Below, in pieces: positions 23,701 through 35,555 of a stretch of DNA of 64,000 nucleotides. The first letter of the stretch is position 1. Each line of letters begins with the position of its first letter. Position numbers and translations under genes: made by a program. The stretch lies in the NCBI GenBank assembly GCA_030390025.1, contig CM059432.1, positions 152,708,001-152,772,000 of the forward strand, given 5' to 3'. Under the pieces are notes generated by a model. That model saw nothing but the letters and a program-made list of their open reading frames with translations, ran no database searches and was not told the origin of the DNA. This DNA comes from Squalus acanthias (lineage: Eukaryota).

Positions 23701-25347
23701 GGGGGAATTTTAATACTATAGAACGTGTGTGTTGGGATTCAGGAGGGTTGTTAAAATCGGCGAAAATAGCAGCGCGTCCGGAGGCTGGCTCCAACGTGCC
23801 GACTTCCAGGTTTAACTTGGACGCGTTTGGGTGCGGGTGCGTAAGCCCTCCGGAGAGGCGGGTTACTGCTTATAATATTTAAATGAGGCAATTTCGATGA
23901 GATTTTGACCGGCATTTAAATTTAATATCACCCGCACGGCTTTCCCGAGCTTCCTGAAAGTCGCCGTTGAAAGGAAGGTGGGAAGATTGTACAGCAATTC
24001 ATGGGAGGAATTAAAAGTCCCAAATATGGACATCAATAAATACTCGGTGCTCACAGCTGCTTTCTTATCTCCCACTGGCAAAGGGTTTGTTGAGAGGCTA
24101 ATTTGTTGACTTTGGAGGTATTGAGACTCACAACATCAGGATGGGAGGTGCCATGGCTGCCTTAGATTGGACCTCAGACGAGCAGCAGCAGCAACGGCTT
24201 GCTGCGGAGAGCTCTGCAGGTGGTCATCAGAGAGGGGAGCAGCAGCAGAAAAGGGAGCAGAGGAGTTGATGTTTCAGGAGGTACTACCCACATAACAGGG
24301 TGTACAGACAGGGTCAGCTTCCGCAGACTCAGGTAGTCACGTCAGGTGGTGGCAGACATCTGCAGCCTCCTAGAAGAAGACCTGCTCCCTGCTGGGCCTG
24401 GTGACCACACGTTACCAGTGTCTGTGAAAGTGATCACCGCCCTCAACTTTTTTGTCTCCGGATCCTTCCAGGGTGCTACCGGAGACATATCCAGGATCTA
24501 CCAGTCGGCTGCACGTAAATACATAAAGTAGGTCACTGATGGATTGTTTGCCGCGGCTGACAATTATGTCAACTTTGCCTGTGATGACACCGAGAATGAG
24601 CGGGCGTTCTGGTTTGTGTCTCTGGCTGGCTTCCCACAGGTGCAGGGTGTTATTGACTGCACACACGTGGCAATCCGCGCACCCCCAAAACAACCAGGAG
24701 TGTTCGTCAACCGCAAGGGATTCCATTCGATCAATTTGCAGCGGGTGTTCAACCACAAGAAAAGGTTTATGCAGATTGTGCGCCAGATTCCCGGGGAGCT
24801 GCCATGATGCTTTTATCCTGCGACTGCACAAGCTCCTGACCTCTTTGGACCTGCATGCAGACTTTAAGGGGTGGCTGTTAGCAGACAAAAGATATCTACT
24901 TCAAACTTGGCAGATGACACCTGTGAGGAACTCCACCAAGACCGGTACAACGACAGCCATATGACCACCAGATGTGTCATTGAGCAAACCACCTGGAGGT
25001 GCCCTTCATTACTCGCCAGCGAGGGTCTCCAGAATAATCGTGGTGTGCACAATATTGCGCAGCAGCGAGTATAGGAGCTGCAGGAGGAACAAGGCGCTCA
25101 GCACACATCGTCTTTGGAAGATTCCAATAAAGAGGAGGAGGTGGAGGATGAAGATGTTGCTCCAACACCACACCAGCCCGGGAGCATTGCTGCCCGGGAT
25201 GCCAGGGATTCCCTTTATAGGTGTAATATTATAAAATGGTGGCCCCGTTGAAATTGCACGTACCGACGCACCAAGACTTCTTTCGGGTTTTGCTCCCGAT
25301 ACAGCACCGCCCCACTCCAAACACACCTTGGAGTTATTATTGGGGCC
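23701..25347 (+). mobile_element. Old PIF/Harbinger DNA transposon, internally deleted
   Basis: Contains a transposase relic; degenerate termini with ATT on both flanks. Confidence 0.7.
24141..25220 (+). pseudogene. Harbinger (HARBI1-like DDE) transposase pseudogene
   Basis: ALNFFVSGSFQ, GFPQVQGVIDCTHVAIRAP, NRKGFHSINLQ, PGSCHDAFIL, WLLADKRY, RCVIEQT; frameshifts and stops. Confidence 0.9.
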
Positions 25348-25546
25348 ATTGTATCAGTGCAAGCCCTTTCATTTCCTTGCCTTTAAAATCATCTGTTGGA
25401 AACATTGAAGGAATTTGTAATAAAAGTGCAATACTAACAAAAAACATGCAAATGTTGCAACAGAAAAACTCTGAAGACTGTTCCTTTTCCATTGCAAATG
25501 GAGCTTCCTTTACTCCCACTCAAAATAGGCTTTGAAGGCAAAAAGT

Positions 25547-25832
25547 GATTTAGATTTAAAGTAATTGATAGAAGGATTAGAGGGGAGTTGAGGAGACCTA
25601 TTTTTATCCAGAGGGTGATGGGGGTCTGGAACTCACTGCCTGAAAGGGTGGTAGAGGCAGAAACCCTCATCACATTTAAAACGTACTTGGATATGAACTT
25701 GAAGCGCCGTAACCTACAGGGCTACGGACCAAGAGCTGGAAAGTGGGATTAGGCTGGATGGCTCTTTTTCGGCCGGCACGGAACGATGGGCTGAATGTCC
25801 TCCTTCTGTGCTGTAAATTTCTATGATTCTAT
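25547..25832 (+). mobile_element. CR1 3' end
   Basis: cagagggtgatgggggtctggaactcactgcc ... (ttctatga)n tail. Confidence 0.85.
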
Positions 25833-26514
25833 GCAATCCATGCACCAGAAATTTATTGAGATCTTTTTCACGCATCCTGGGGCCTTAATAAGGCTATGGC
25901 AGGAGCTGTATGCAAAATGCAGCCTGCGAGAAAATCATGGGGCAGAAAGAATTGGTAACAAAACGTGCATGAGGTCTGCTCACCTAGAGCTCTAATCCAC
26001 TGCACACGTTCTGCACCCACGTAACCGATCCAGCTCAATGCAGAACCTGCTCTCTGGTCCAATGTCCCAAACCAGTGTTCAACCCAACATTCACAATCGT
26101 GTCTTGAGAGACGCAAACGGTTTGGTCAAGGTCCTCAGCCTTCTGTAGCAGGTATAATGGGCATCCAACAAATCTTTCATTTTAAAGGGGCATAACACAA
26201 AATGAGGAAGGGACTGATTTTGTGGTGCCACGGTAATCATTTTGTAGCCATGAGTTCTGGTGTTCGGTGATTTTGCTTTATTCGTAACAGTTGGCCAAAT
26301 GGAGCTGCAAGCCAAGCTCATCATTGTTCATTTGGCAACTGTTACATTTTTTGGGTGTCTTCTGGCTTATTTTTTACTCTAGATATTTTTGGCTTCTGTG
26401 TTTCTGATCGCTGTTGTAAGTGAGCTCCAGCTGCTGTGTCCCAGAGAGTGCTCAGATACCCAAGTAAATTCATAGTGTGAAGGAAATCTCCTTCAGTTTG
26501 TTTCAGCTACTGTA

Positions 26515-27675
26515 TTTTTTAAAATTCGTTTATGGGATCAGGGCGTCGCTGGCAAGGTCAGCATTTATTGCCCATCCCTAGATGCCCTTGAGAAGGTGGT
26601 GGTGAGCCGCCTTCTTGAACCGCTGCAGTCTGTGTGGTGAAGGTACTCCCACAATGCTGTTAGGGAGGGAGTTCCAGGATTTTGACCCAGCGACGATGAA
26701 GGATCGGCGATATACTTCTAAGTCAGGATGGTGTGTGACTTGGAGGGGAACTTGGAGGTGATGGTGTTCCCATGTGCCTGCTGCCCTTGTCCTTCTAGGT
26801 GGAAGAGGTCGCGGGTTTGGGAGGTGGTGCCGAAGAAGCCTTGGCGAGTTGCTGCAGTGCATCTTGTAGATGGTACACACTGCAGCCGCGGTACGCCGGT
26901 GGTGGAGGGAGTGAATGTTTAAGGTGGTGGATGGGGTGCCAATCAAGCGGGCTGCTTTGTCCTGGATGGTGTCGAGCTTCTTGAGTGTTGTTGGAGCTGC
27001 ACTCATCCAAGCAAGTGGAGAGTATTCCATCACACTCCTTACTTGTGCCTTGTAGATGGTGGAAAGGCTTTGGGGAGTCAGGTAGCCTCTGACCTGCTCT
27101 TGTTGCCACAGTATTTATGTGGCTGGTCCAGTTAAGTTTCTGGTTAATGGTGACCCCCAGGATGTTGATAGTGGGGGATTCGGCGATGGTAATGCCATTG
27201 AATGTCAAGGGGAGGTGGTTAGACTCTCGCTTGTTGGAGATAGTCATTGCCTGGCACTTCTGTGGTGCGAATGTTACCTGCCACTTATCAGCCCAAGCCT
27301 GAACGTCGTCCAGGTCTTGTTGCATGTGGGCATGGACTGCTTCATTATCTGTGGAGTTGCGAATAGCGCTGAACACTGTGCAGTCATCAGCGAACATCCC
27401 CATTTCTGACCTTATGTTGGAAGGAAGGTCATTGATGAAGCAGCTGAAGATGGTTGGGCCTAGGACACTGCCCTGAGGAACTCCTGCAGCAATGTCCAGG
27501 GGCTGTGATGATTGACCTTCAACCACCACAACCATCTTCCTTTGTGCTAAGTATGACTCCAGCCAGTGGCGGAACCCAAACTGGGCATCAGTGAGCAGGT
27601 TATTAGTTAGTAAGTGCCGCTTGATAGCAGTGTCGATGACACCTTCCATCACTTTACTGATGATTGAGAGTAGAT
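26515..27675 (-). mobile_element. LINE family B, 5'-truncated with internal deletions
   Basis: RT ORFs 26795-27652 and 26578-27033, highly similar to 13329-14369. Confidence 0.92.
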
Positions 27676-28550
27676 TGAGAGTAGGTTATATCCCCTTGTG
27701 TTCGGAAGGCAACAGAATTGCACTAATCTAGGCTCTGGCTTGGTTTTTCACTACCAAATTTATTAAACAATAAAAGAATAGGCAAACAGTAGCAGTAACA
27801 CAACATATAAATTTGTAGTAGTTGTTAAACTTAGTTAGCTTTTTGTGCTGTAGAAAATAAGTAGTTTACAACCAACATGGTTTTAATGGAAAGTAATATA
27901 CTTAACATAGCAATTCTTCTTACTCTGTCTAGAAGTTACTTTGCCTGGCCATCTCTCTTCAAAGGCTTCAGACAGACTTTGGTATGAAAAAGACAGTCCG
28001 ATAAATACCTTCAAAAATTGACTGGAAATCCAGTAAATTTAAATAACTCAAAAAGAGCTCGCAGTCAAAAATGTATTTACACAAATCGCACAAGAGGTTT
28101 ATATTTGAATTGATTGTCTTGGCCCCTCCTTTGAGCATCTGGCTGAGGACAATGACAATTAGGCAACAATTGTATCAAAATTAGGTGGCACATTCTTCTG
28201 TGAATGAAGCTGGTTTTTAAACCCCTTATGTCCCATAAAAGAATTAGAGAAACCCATGCGAAGTTAAATCTTAGACAAAAATGCTTCATTATGACTTTCC
28301 ATTGCCTTGTAGATGGAAATTCTATAAGATAGTACCTAGAGTGTTGGGTTCCAGGCGGGAATCTGAGGCCTCGTATTCAAATCAGGCCCTGCCGGTAAAG
28401 TCAGCCCCCCGCCCCAACCCGCCTCCCTTGAGAAAATTCCGCCCTTTGTCTGACTTTGTGGGATTTTAATCTCATTTCCCATAAAGTTTTATTTGTTCCT
28501 TCTGAGTCTATGATTTCTTGTGGATTTAAATTTCCAGCTCTTAACAGAGT

Positions 28551-29165
28551 GGGCTAAAAAACATTTGGCGTTAAGGGTGCAGTTTTGTGTCCGAACGCCA
28601 TCTTGGTAAAGGCCAAACCAGAGGCGTCCTTTACCCATGTCTGAAGCAGGCGCTAGACAATTAACATATGCAAATAAGGGGCCTAACGCCTGCTTCTACT
28701 CCCTCTTGTAACTTTGGTTTGCACCTGAGGCGGCCAGCACCAGTTCTGGTTGCCTCCGGGAAAACCAACGTTAAACAGCACTGAATTAAGAAAAGGTAAG
28801 TACTTACCATAATCACCGCCGCTCCCGGTCCCCAGATCTCTGACCTCACTCCCGACTCTGACCTCCAACCTCCTAGCCCCCCCCTAACAGGACTCCCAAC
28901 AATACTCCAGACCGCAGCGATCTTCCTACCTGACCCCCAATAGCCCTCCGATCGGACTCCGATGCCCAGCCATTCCTCCTTCAGACCCCCACGATCCAAC
29001 CCAATCACTTATCTGAAAACTGGCGCACGAACTTGTGTCGGCTCCTACTGCTGTGCCATCTACATGATCAGGAGGTCCAAGGCCCAAAATTCGGGGCTTC
29101 TTGGACTTCCCCCATTTGAGCACGGGCTGTTAGCACTCTGCGGGTAAGGCGCCCAAAAATGGACC
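28551..29165. mobile_element. Degenerate MITE-like element
   Basis: gggctaaaaa start, GC-rich subterminal motifs, central GGTAAGTACTTACC palindrome; boundaries uncertain. Confidence 0.35.
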
Positions 29166-30315
29166 AGTGACTCTCCTAACCTAAGTTTCACTGCATTAAA
29201 TCCACTTTCAGGCTCTCCTAGTGGATCCATAATAATTGATCTGACTCTTGAAACAGGCTGTTGTTTGGCTGCACCCAAACTTTAATTTTGGAAGAGATTT
29301 TGGTGCTCAAATTCTGTACGACTCTGCCAGCCCTAGATAGTAAACATATATTTTACTGGGAAATTGCATACTGTACCGACGGAAGTGAAGGCCTTTTGTA
29401 AATTAAGAGAGTTGCCCATTTAATGTAGTGCTAAAACCTTGGGTGAGCTCTGTTGCAATGCTATGTATTGCTATATGGACTGTAAGATATACATCTCTAT
29501 ATGTTATGAAGATGTAGATCAGCACTCATTAGATAAAGTGAAAGCTCATTCCACTCGGGTTATAACTGCGTCATTGGCCATTTGTAAAGTGACCATATGG
29601 AACCTTATGTAAGTACATTTTTCTGGATTTATTTTTGAAATAATGACCCTTTTTCGTCTGAAAATCCTTTAGAGGAACATAAATTTCAAGTCATAGGTGG
29701 GCCACCTCCATTTCTTGTCACTACCATGCCATAATCAGAAAGTAAACAAATGAGAAACAGAGTAAAATCTCTGGCCTTCCTCACTGTTCTGAATGTAGTT
29801 TATCCTTCATTCTCCTTCCCCACTGTTCCAAATTCTGATTATCAATGTTCGGTGATTGCTATTTAATTCTCACACTATTTTCGTTGCAGTGTAAAGTTAA
29901 CCCGTATTGTAGCTTGAGAAGACTGAACTATAGGCAAAATTCCTATGTTTTTATATAGGCTGTCAGGGCTGTGACTTATTTCCAGTGGACAATGAGGCCA
30001 TCCTATGTTGAGAATAAACTGTGTTCAAAGAAAGAAGACCAAAGTAAAAGGGGCACAATTTTAGTTTTGTTCATTTGTATTATTTCACACATGTGTGCAT
30101 GTGCACACGTATGCTTCTCCTCCAAGTTGGGATGTTTCTATTTCTTCACTGGGTTCCATTTTCTTTTCCTGAACCTGCAATGATGCATATTCATCCTATT
30201 TCTCTCTTCTCATTTCATGTTATATTTGGTACAGCTCTGACCATAACTTGCAAAGTGTAGATTTAGCAATTTGACCTTCCTTGTAAAGAAGAGATTTTAC
30301 CTACATTGGCTCTTG

Positions 30316-30500
30316 TTTCTGAGCAGAAGGTTGTGGGATCAAGGCCCATTCCAGACTTGAGCACATAATCTAGGCTGACACCTCAGTGGAATACTGCTGC
30401 AGTGTAAGAGGGGTCATCTTTCAGATGGAATATTAAGTTGAGACACCTGCCTGTGCTGGTGAATGTAAAAGATCCCACAGCACTTTTTCAAAGAGGTTCT
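30316..30500 (+). mobile_element. Diverged Deu SINE 5' part
   Basis: tctgagcagaaggttgtgggatcaagg...gacttgagcacataatctaggctgacac...aaaagatccc. Confidence 0.75.
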
Positions 30501-31304
30501 CTTATTTTTGTCTGGTGCAAAGAAGAAATAGTTAGAAATTAGAACTAATATTATTTACAATAATAAATTGTTGTAAGTGCATTTAATGAAGCTCTCCTCT
30601 TTAATTGAAAAGACAGTTGCTTCTATCCATCATGGTAGCTGGACGCATTCGTGAGCTATAAGTTCGAATCAAGAGTATTTTTTCATTTATACAAATCACG
30701 AAGGACTGGGTTGCCAATTGCCTCTTTGCCAGGCTACTTTCTACCATCAAGTCTTTCCCTACAATTCTGTGTAATTTCTTTCTTGATTCTCTTATGTCTC
30801 ACCTTGAACACAGAATGGACCCTGATAGCGTTGTGGGCTAGTATTCTTTTGCAGACTGAACCATACCTGATGATCTTAAAGTGCCTCATTCATCCCATAA
30901 GAAAGATTGAAATAAACAAAATGTTCTCTGCATTTTGTATGGCTGGTAAACTTGTCCATTGAACTTTGGTATTGGGTCAATGCAAATTTTGAACGGCCTC
31001 ATTCTTAGCTGCAGTTTAGTAGAACCATGTAGGATGGTTTAACTGGTTAAAGGGAAGGTAAGTGTGTGTGGGGGAAGGGAATTTCATTCAATACTGCCCT
31101 CCCAAACAGAGTTTATTTTTAAGTTTAAGCAAAGTAGAATTTTTTTAAGAATTTCCTCTCCATGGAGACTTTCCATTTCACCTCTCTGAAGGGACTCATT
31201 CCACTGATGTCAGCTATGGGGGTATCTGTTAGCAGCTGGACCCTATGGATTGGGAACTTGTTTGGTCCTGACTGGTAATCACGAGGCATCTGTATTCAGT
31301 ACTC

Positions 31305-31547
31305 TTGGGAATGCTCACTGTGCTGATGCTACCATTGGGAATGCTCACTGTGCTGATGCTACCATTGGGAATGCTCACTGTGCTGATGCTACCATTGGGA
31401 ATGCTCACTGTGCTGATGCTACCATTGGGAATGCTCACTGTGCTGATGCTACCATTGGGAATGCTCACTGTGCTGATGCTACCATTGGGAATGCTCACTG
31501 TGCTGATGCTACCATTGGGAATGCTCACTGTGCTGATGCTACCATTG
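31305..31547. repeat. Minisatellite, 30-bp unit, 8 identical copies
   Basis: ttgggaatgctcactgtgctgatgctacca repeated eight times without spacers. Confidence 0.97.
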
Positions 31548-32824
31548 ATGATGAAAACAGGCGAGAAGTATAAAAACTCTCTGTAACATTACCTGATTGG
31601 AAGGGAAGCAAAATGTTAACTTCGTTGTGTAACAATCACTTTGAAGTGTTTCTCTCAAACATCACAAGCTCTGATTATGATGGGGCACATCATCAAGCTA
31701 CAGCCCACAAAGAAAAGCTTTGAAAGTTTGCTCTCTGCTAATATCAATTGAATTTGGCTTGGTCTCCCAGTGAGTCAGCATCACAAAGCATTCCTACAGT
31801 TTTGTTTTTGTCTGGGTCGGGGTGGGTACAGGGAAGTGCTTGTGGGATGGGCGTGTCACATTTAAGGTGCGTTGCTGGGGTTCAGGTGCGTTGCCGTGGA
31901 GCAGTACGTGGGGTCCTGGTTTCCATCTGTACTGTTTTTAATCCTGTTAGTAATTAGTAATAAGAGTCGTAAGGTAGTTGATTTTTTTCCCAGTGAAGTC
32001 GAACATTTAAACAAAAAACAAATGTTTTGTTTGAAGCACCAGTCTCAGGCCAGGCAGAATGAAGACAGATCAAATTCCACACTGTCAGCAACGTAATTAC
32101 CAGGATGTGACTCTCCATGCTACTGTGTAATAACAGAGATTGGTATGATAAAGCGATGAGGCAGCACTGAAAGTAATAATTCACAACTGTGCTTTGTTAC
32201 AAGTGCATATGTTTCTTGCGTTTTGTAACGCTTTCGGTAGTTTTTCAGTATCCTTTTCTGTTGAGTAAGGTTTTCTGGAAAAGGACCTTGAAAATCACGT
32301 TTTGTGTGTTGGCTCAGTCAGTGAGGCATTCAGCACAGTTTGCTGTTCAAAGTTATCTTCCCAGGTGCTTGTCAGCTTCAGGTGGAGGAAAGTAGCTTTC
32401 CTGTGCATGCTTTCTGGTTTTGTTTGAGCTCCTCCTGTCAGCAAGCTTCATAATAAATGGAGTAGACGATGCAAAAAGAGAATGAGGATCTGGAGCAGAT
32501 GCAGGTATATATGTGCCCTGGGGAAATAACACATTTGTTTGTGGGTAAATGGTGTTAGTCCTCCAGTGCAGATGGTATGATTGTGACCTTGCTGTTTCCT
32601 TATTTCCGTTGCTTTTATTGGAACCAAATGTGTTTCTGTAGGTCGATGTCAGCACCTTATCTGGTACTTGCTGGGCCAGGGAAGTTCCAGTTTTATACTG
32701 AGCCGACTGATTTCAGTGGGAGCAGTTTACAGTTTGACCCTGACTAGGTAAGGGAAAATAGAAGCCAGCCTTCCTGCTCCTGATACTTATCCAGTCTGGA
32801 GAGTTTGGGTCTGGACCTATATAT

Positions 32825-33289
32825 AGAAGAAGACTTGCATTTATATAGCGCCTTTCACGACCACCGGACGTTTCAAAGCGCTTTACAGCCAATTAAGTAC
32901 TTTTAAAGTGGAGTCACGATTGTAATGTGGAAGACGCGGCAGCCAATTTGCGCACAGCAAGCTCCCGCAATCAGCAATGTGATAATGACCAGATAATCTG
33001 TTTTAGTGATGTTGGTTGAGGGAGAAATATTGGCCAGGACACCAGGGATAACTCCTCTGCTCTCCTTCGAAATAGTGCCATGGGATCTTTTACGTCCACC
33101 TGAGAGAGCAGACGGGGCCTCGGTTTAACGTCTCATCTGAAAGATGGCACCTCCGACAGTGCAGCACTCCCTCAGCACTGCACTGGGAGTGTCAGCCTAG
33201 CTTTATGTGCTCAAGTCTCTGGAGTGGGACTCTGAACCCACAACCTTCTGACTCAGAGGCGAGTGTGCTACCCACTGAGCCACAGCTGA
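32825..33289 (-). mobile_element. Full-length Deu-domain tRNA SINE (SacSINE1-like)
   Basis: tRNA-like head, Deu core (ggaggtgccatctttcagatgagacgttaaaccgagg on minus strand) and L2-like tail. Confidence 0.9.
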
Positions 33290-33861
33290 ACCACCAATTA
33301 GCTAAACTGTGGTGCTCCCCTCACCACCCAAACATCCAGTTCACCAACTGACATTGTCTAGGTTGACGCACAAAACATGGGCAGCTAGATGAGTTTCTGG
33401 AGAGTTGCTGGCATCTATCTAGCAATACTTCAGTATGAGTCGCTGTCTGCTTGAGAGGAGGGAAGGAATTTTGAGGGACCCGTGGTCATTTGCATGTGTT
33501 TTATTTCATCTTTGTATCTTTCTTTGAGAAAAAGAAAACCATTTTTTAAAATGCTTTTTTAAAAAAAAAAAATCTACAAACATAACAAATGATTTTGCAA
33601 TTTGTGCCCATGCAGTGTAAGCATTTTTAGATAACTGGCCTCCTGACTTTTTTGTAGTTTCCAGTTAATTATCATTGTTATTGTAAAACTCTGTAATGGA
33701 GCCGGGCTGATGGATATCATGCCATCTAATAAGCTTGCCTCTATTTTATAATAGGAGCACACAGCAATTGCATTGCCTCAGAATTGCCTTTGGCTTTGCT
33801 GATGACATTACACTAGCATCGTACCAAAAGTGAGCAAGACTTCACTTACTTGAAACATATA

Positions 33862-34751
33862 GGGGGGAGAAATTTTGTATTGCCCCATTCGGGGCGCAAT
33901 TATCGTCCGGGCGCAAAGTTTAGCGCCTGCCGCTAATTATCGCCTCCGACTGCAAACTTGGCTTCTATCGCCCCTGGAGGTGATTAGAGCGGTAAATCAG
34001 GCGCTACACACCTCTCTTAAGGCGCTAACGCCGAGGAGCGAGGTGCTACCTCAGAGCCCTGGTGAAGCTCATGTGATGTCAGTTAGCAATGGAACACAGA
34101 AACAATGGCGCCGGCCAGTTCTTAAAGGGGAGGGTTGATCTTGCTTTCCATCCACATCCTGCTCATTGAAGCCTTGAATCTCGGCCTGGACAGACCTCAA
34201 CTTCAAATCTGCTGGAAAGAACAATGGAGAGGCCCAGGAAAAGAGCTCAGAGTGCAGCCCCCACAGTCTCTTCTAAATCGATGCAAGGAAGGTCAAATCA
34301 AAATGAACCTGCAAAGAGCTGCTCAGTACCCAAAACTCCTTCACACAGCATTGAATCTCTCCAGAAGTCTCTCTCTCTCTCTCTCTCTCACAGAATGTGT
34401 GGTGCAAAAATGTCTCCGACAAAAAAAGGCAGGAAGAGGCTGCCTTTAAATAGCGTTCCCCCAGCCCCTTCCCGACTGCAAAACGTCCCCCTCTACCTGT
34501 CGTTGCTAGCGGCAGGCAGAAAGGAAGGGGGCGCCACTCAATATCCGGTCTGGGGCGTTGCACGCTCGACTGACGTCACGATCTGCGGGCGCAGGAGATC
34601 GTGGCGGTAGAGTTTAGCGCCGCTGCAGAAACTCTGGTCAATTTCGCGAGCGGCGCAAACATCGCCACGCCCGGGCGCTAGTTGCTTTGCGCCCCGTTAG
34701 CACCCTCTTGGGGCGCAAACGGGAGGCGCTAATCAACCAAATTTTTCCCCC
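33862..34751 (+). mobile_element. Harbinger-type MITE family A
   Basis: TIR ggggggagaaatt / aatttttccccc; TSD ATA; inserted at the 5' edge of a CR1 fragment. Confidence 0.88.
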
Positions 34752-35117
34752 ATAAAATTCTTAGCGGGCTCGACAGTGTAGATGCTGAGAGGCTGTTTCC
34801 CCCCGGCTAGAGAGTCTGGAACTACGGGTCATAGTCTCAGGATAAGGGGTCGGCCATTTAGGACTGAGTTGAGGAATTTCTTCACTCAGAGGGTTGGGAA
34901 ATTTTGGAATTTTCTACCCCAGAGGGCTGTGCATGCTCAGTCGTTGAGTATATTCAAGATAGAGATCAATAGATTTTTGGACACGAATGGAATCCACGGA
35001 TATGGTGATCGGGCGAGAAAGTGGAGTTGAAGTAGAAGATCAGTTGTGATCTTATTGAATGGCGGAGCAGGCTCGAGGGGCCGAATGGCCATCTCCTGCT
35101 CCTATTTCTTATGTTTT
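34752..35117 (+). mobile_element. CR1 3' end
   Basis: RGRPFRTELRNFFTQRV..WN; tail tcctgctcctatttcttatg. Confidence 0.88.
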
Positions 35118-35555
35118 TACCACTCACTGAATTGGGAATTAGAATGATTTCAAAAGATTCCCTTGAGTTTGCTTCATTCATTTATTCCCTTTGCTCTTTT
35201 CTTCCCAAATGCAATAGATTTTTTTAAATCATTTGCCGTTGTGAGACCCCTCATCTCTACGTGGCATTCGTCAGCTGTGAGGACGAGTTGGAGCAGGCTT
35301 CAGACTTCTCCAACACTTTAGGCCAAAACCGATGCTGTTTCTTTTGTCTTTTCCCATCCTAAGCCATAGAAAGATTAAACAGTTCATCACCATGAAGTTC
35401 TTCACCTGCTCGACCCTGGCAGCTTTTTTCTCAAAATATCAGGTCACCCTAACGATAGCAGACAGATTGGAGTGACAGAAAACTCTTGACTCAAATCTGC
35501 AAATAGCTCATCAGAACATTGGAACAGGAGTAGGCCATTTAACCCCTTGAGCCTG

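Noticed and set aside
24544..24807. Domesticated HARBI1 gene
   Set aside because: Multiple frameshifts and stops, and it sits within transposon-like termini.
31229..31586. Repeat-peptide ORFs (SIPNGSISTV, GNAHCADATI) or a CRISPR-like array
   Set aside because: Head-to-tail minisatellite with no spacers; the ORFs follow from a stop-free 30-bp unit; eukaryotic context.
34135..34449. 104-aa ORF repeated at 43843-44157, suggesting a conserved gene
   Set aside because: Both lie in copies of MITE family A, start at TTG and cross a CT microsatellite; the similarity reflects repeat identity.
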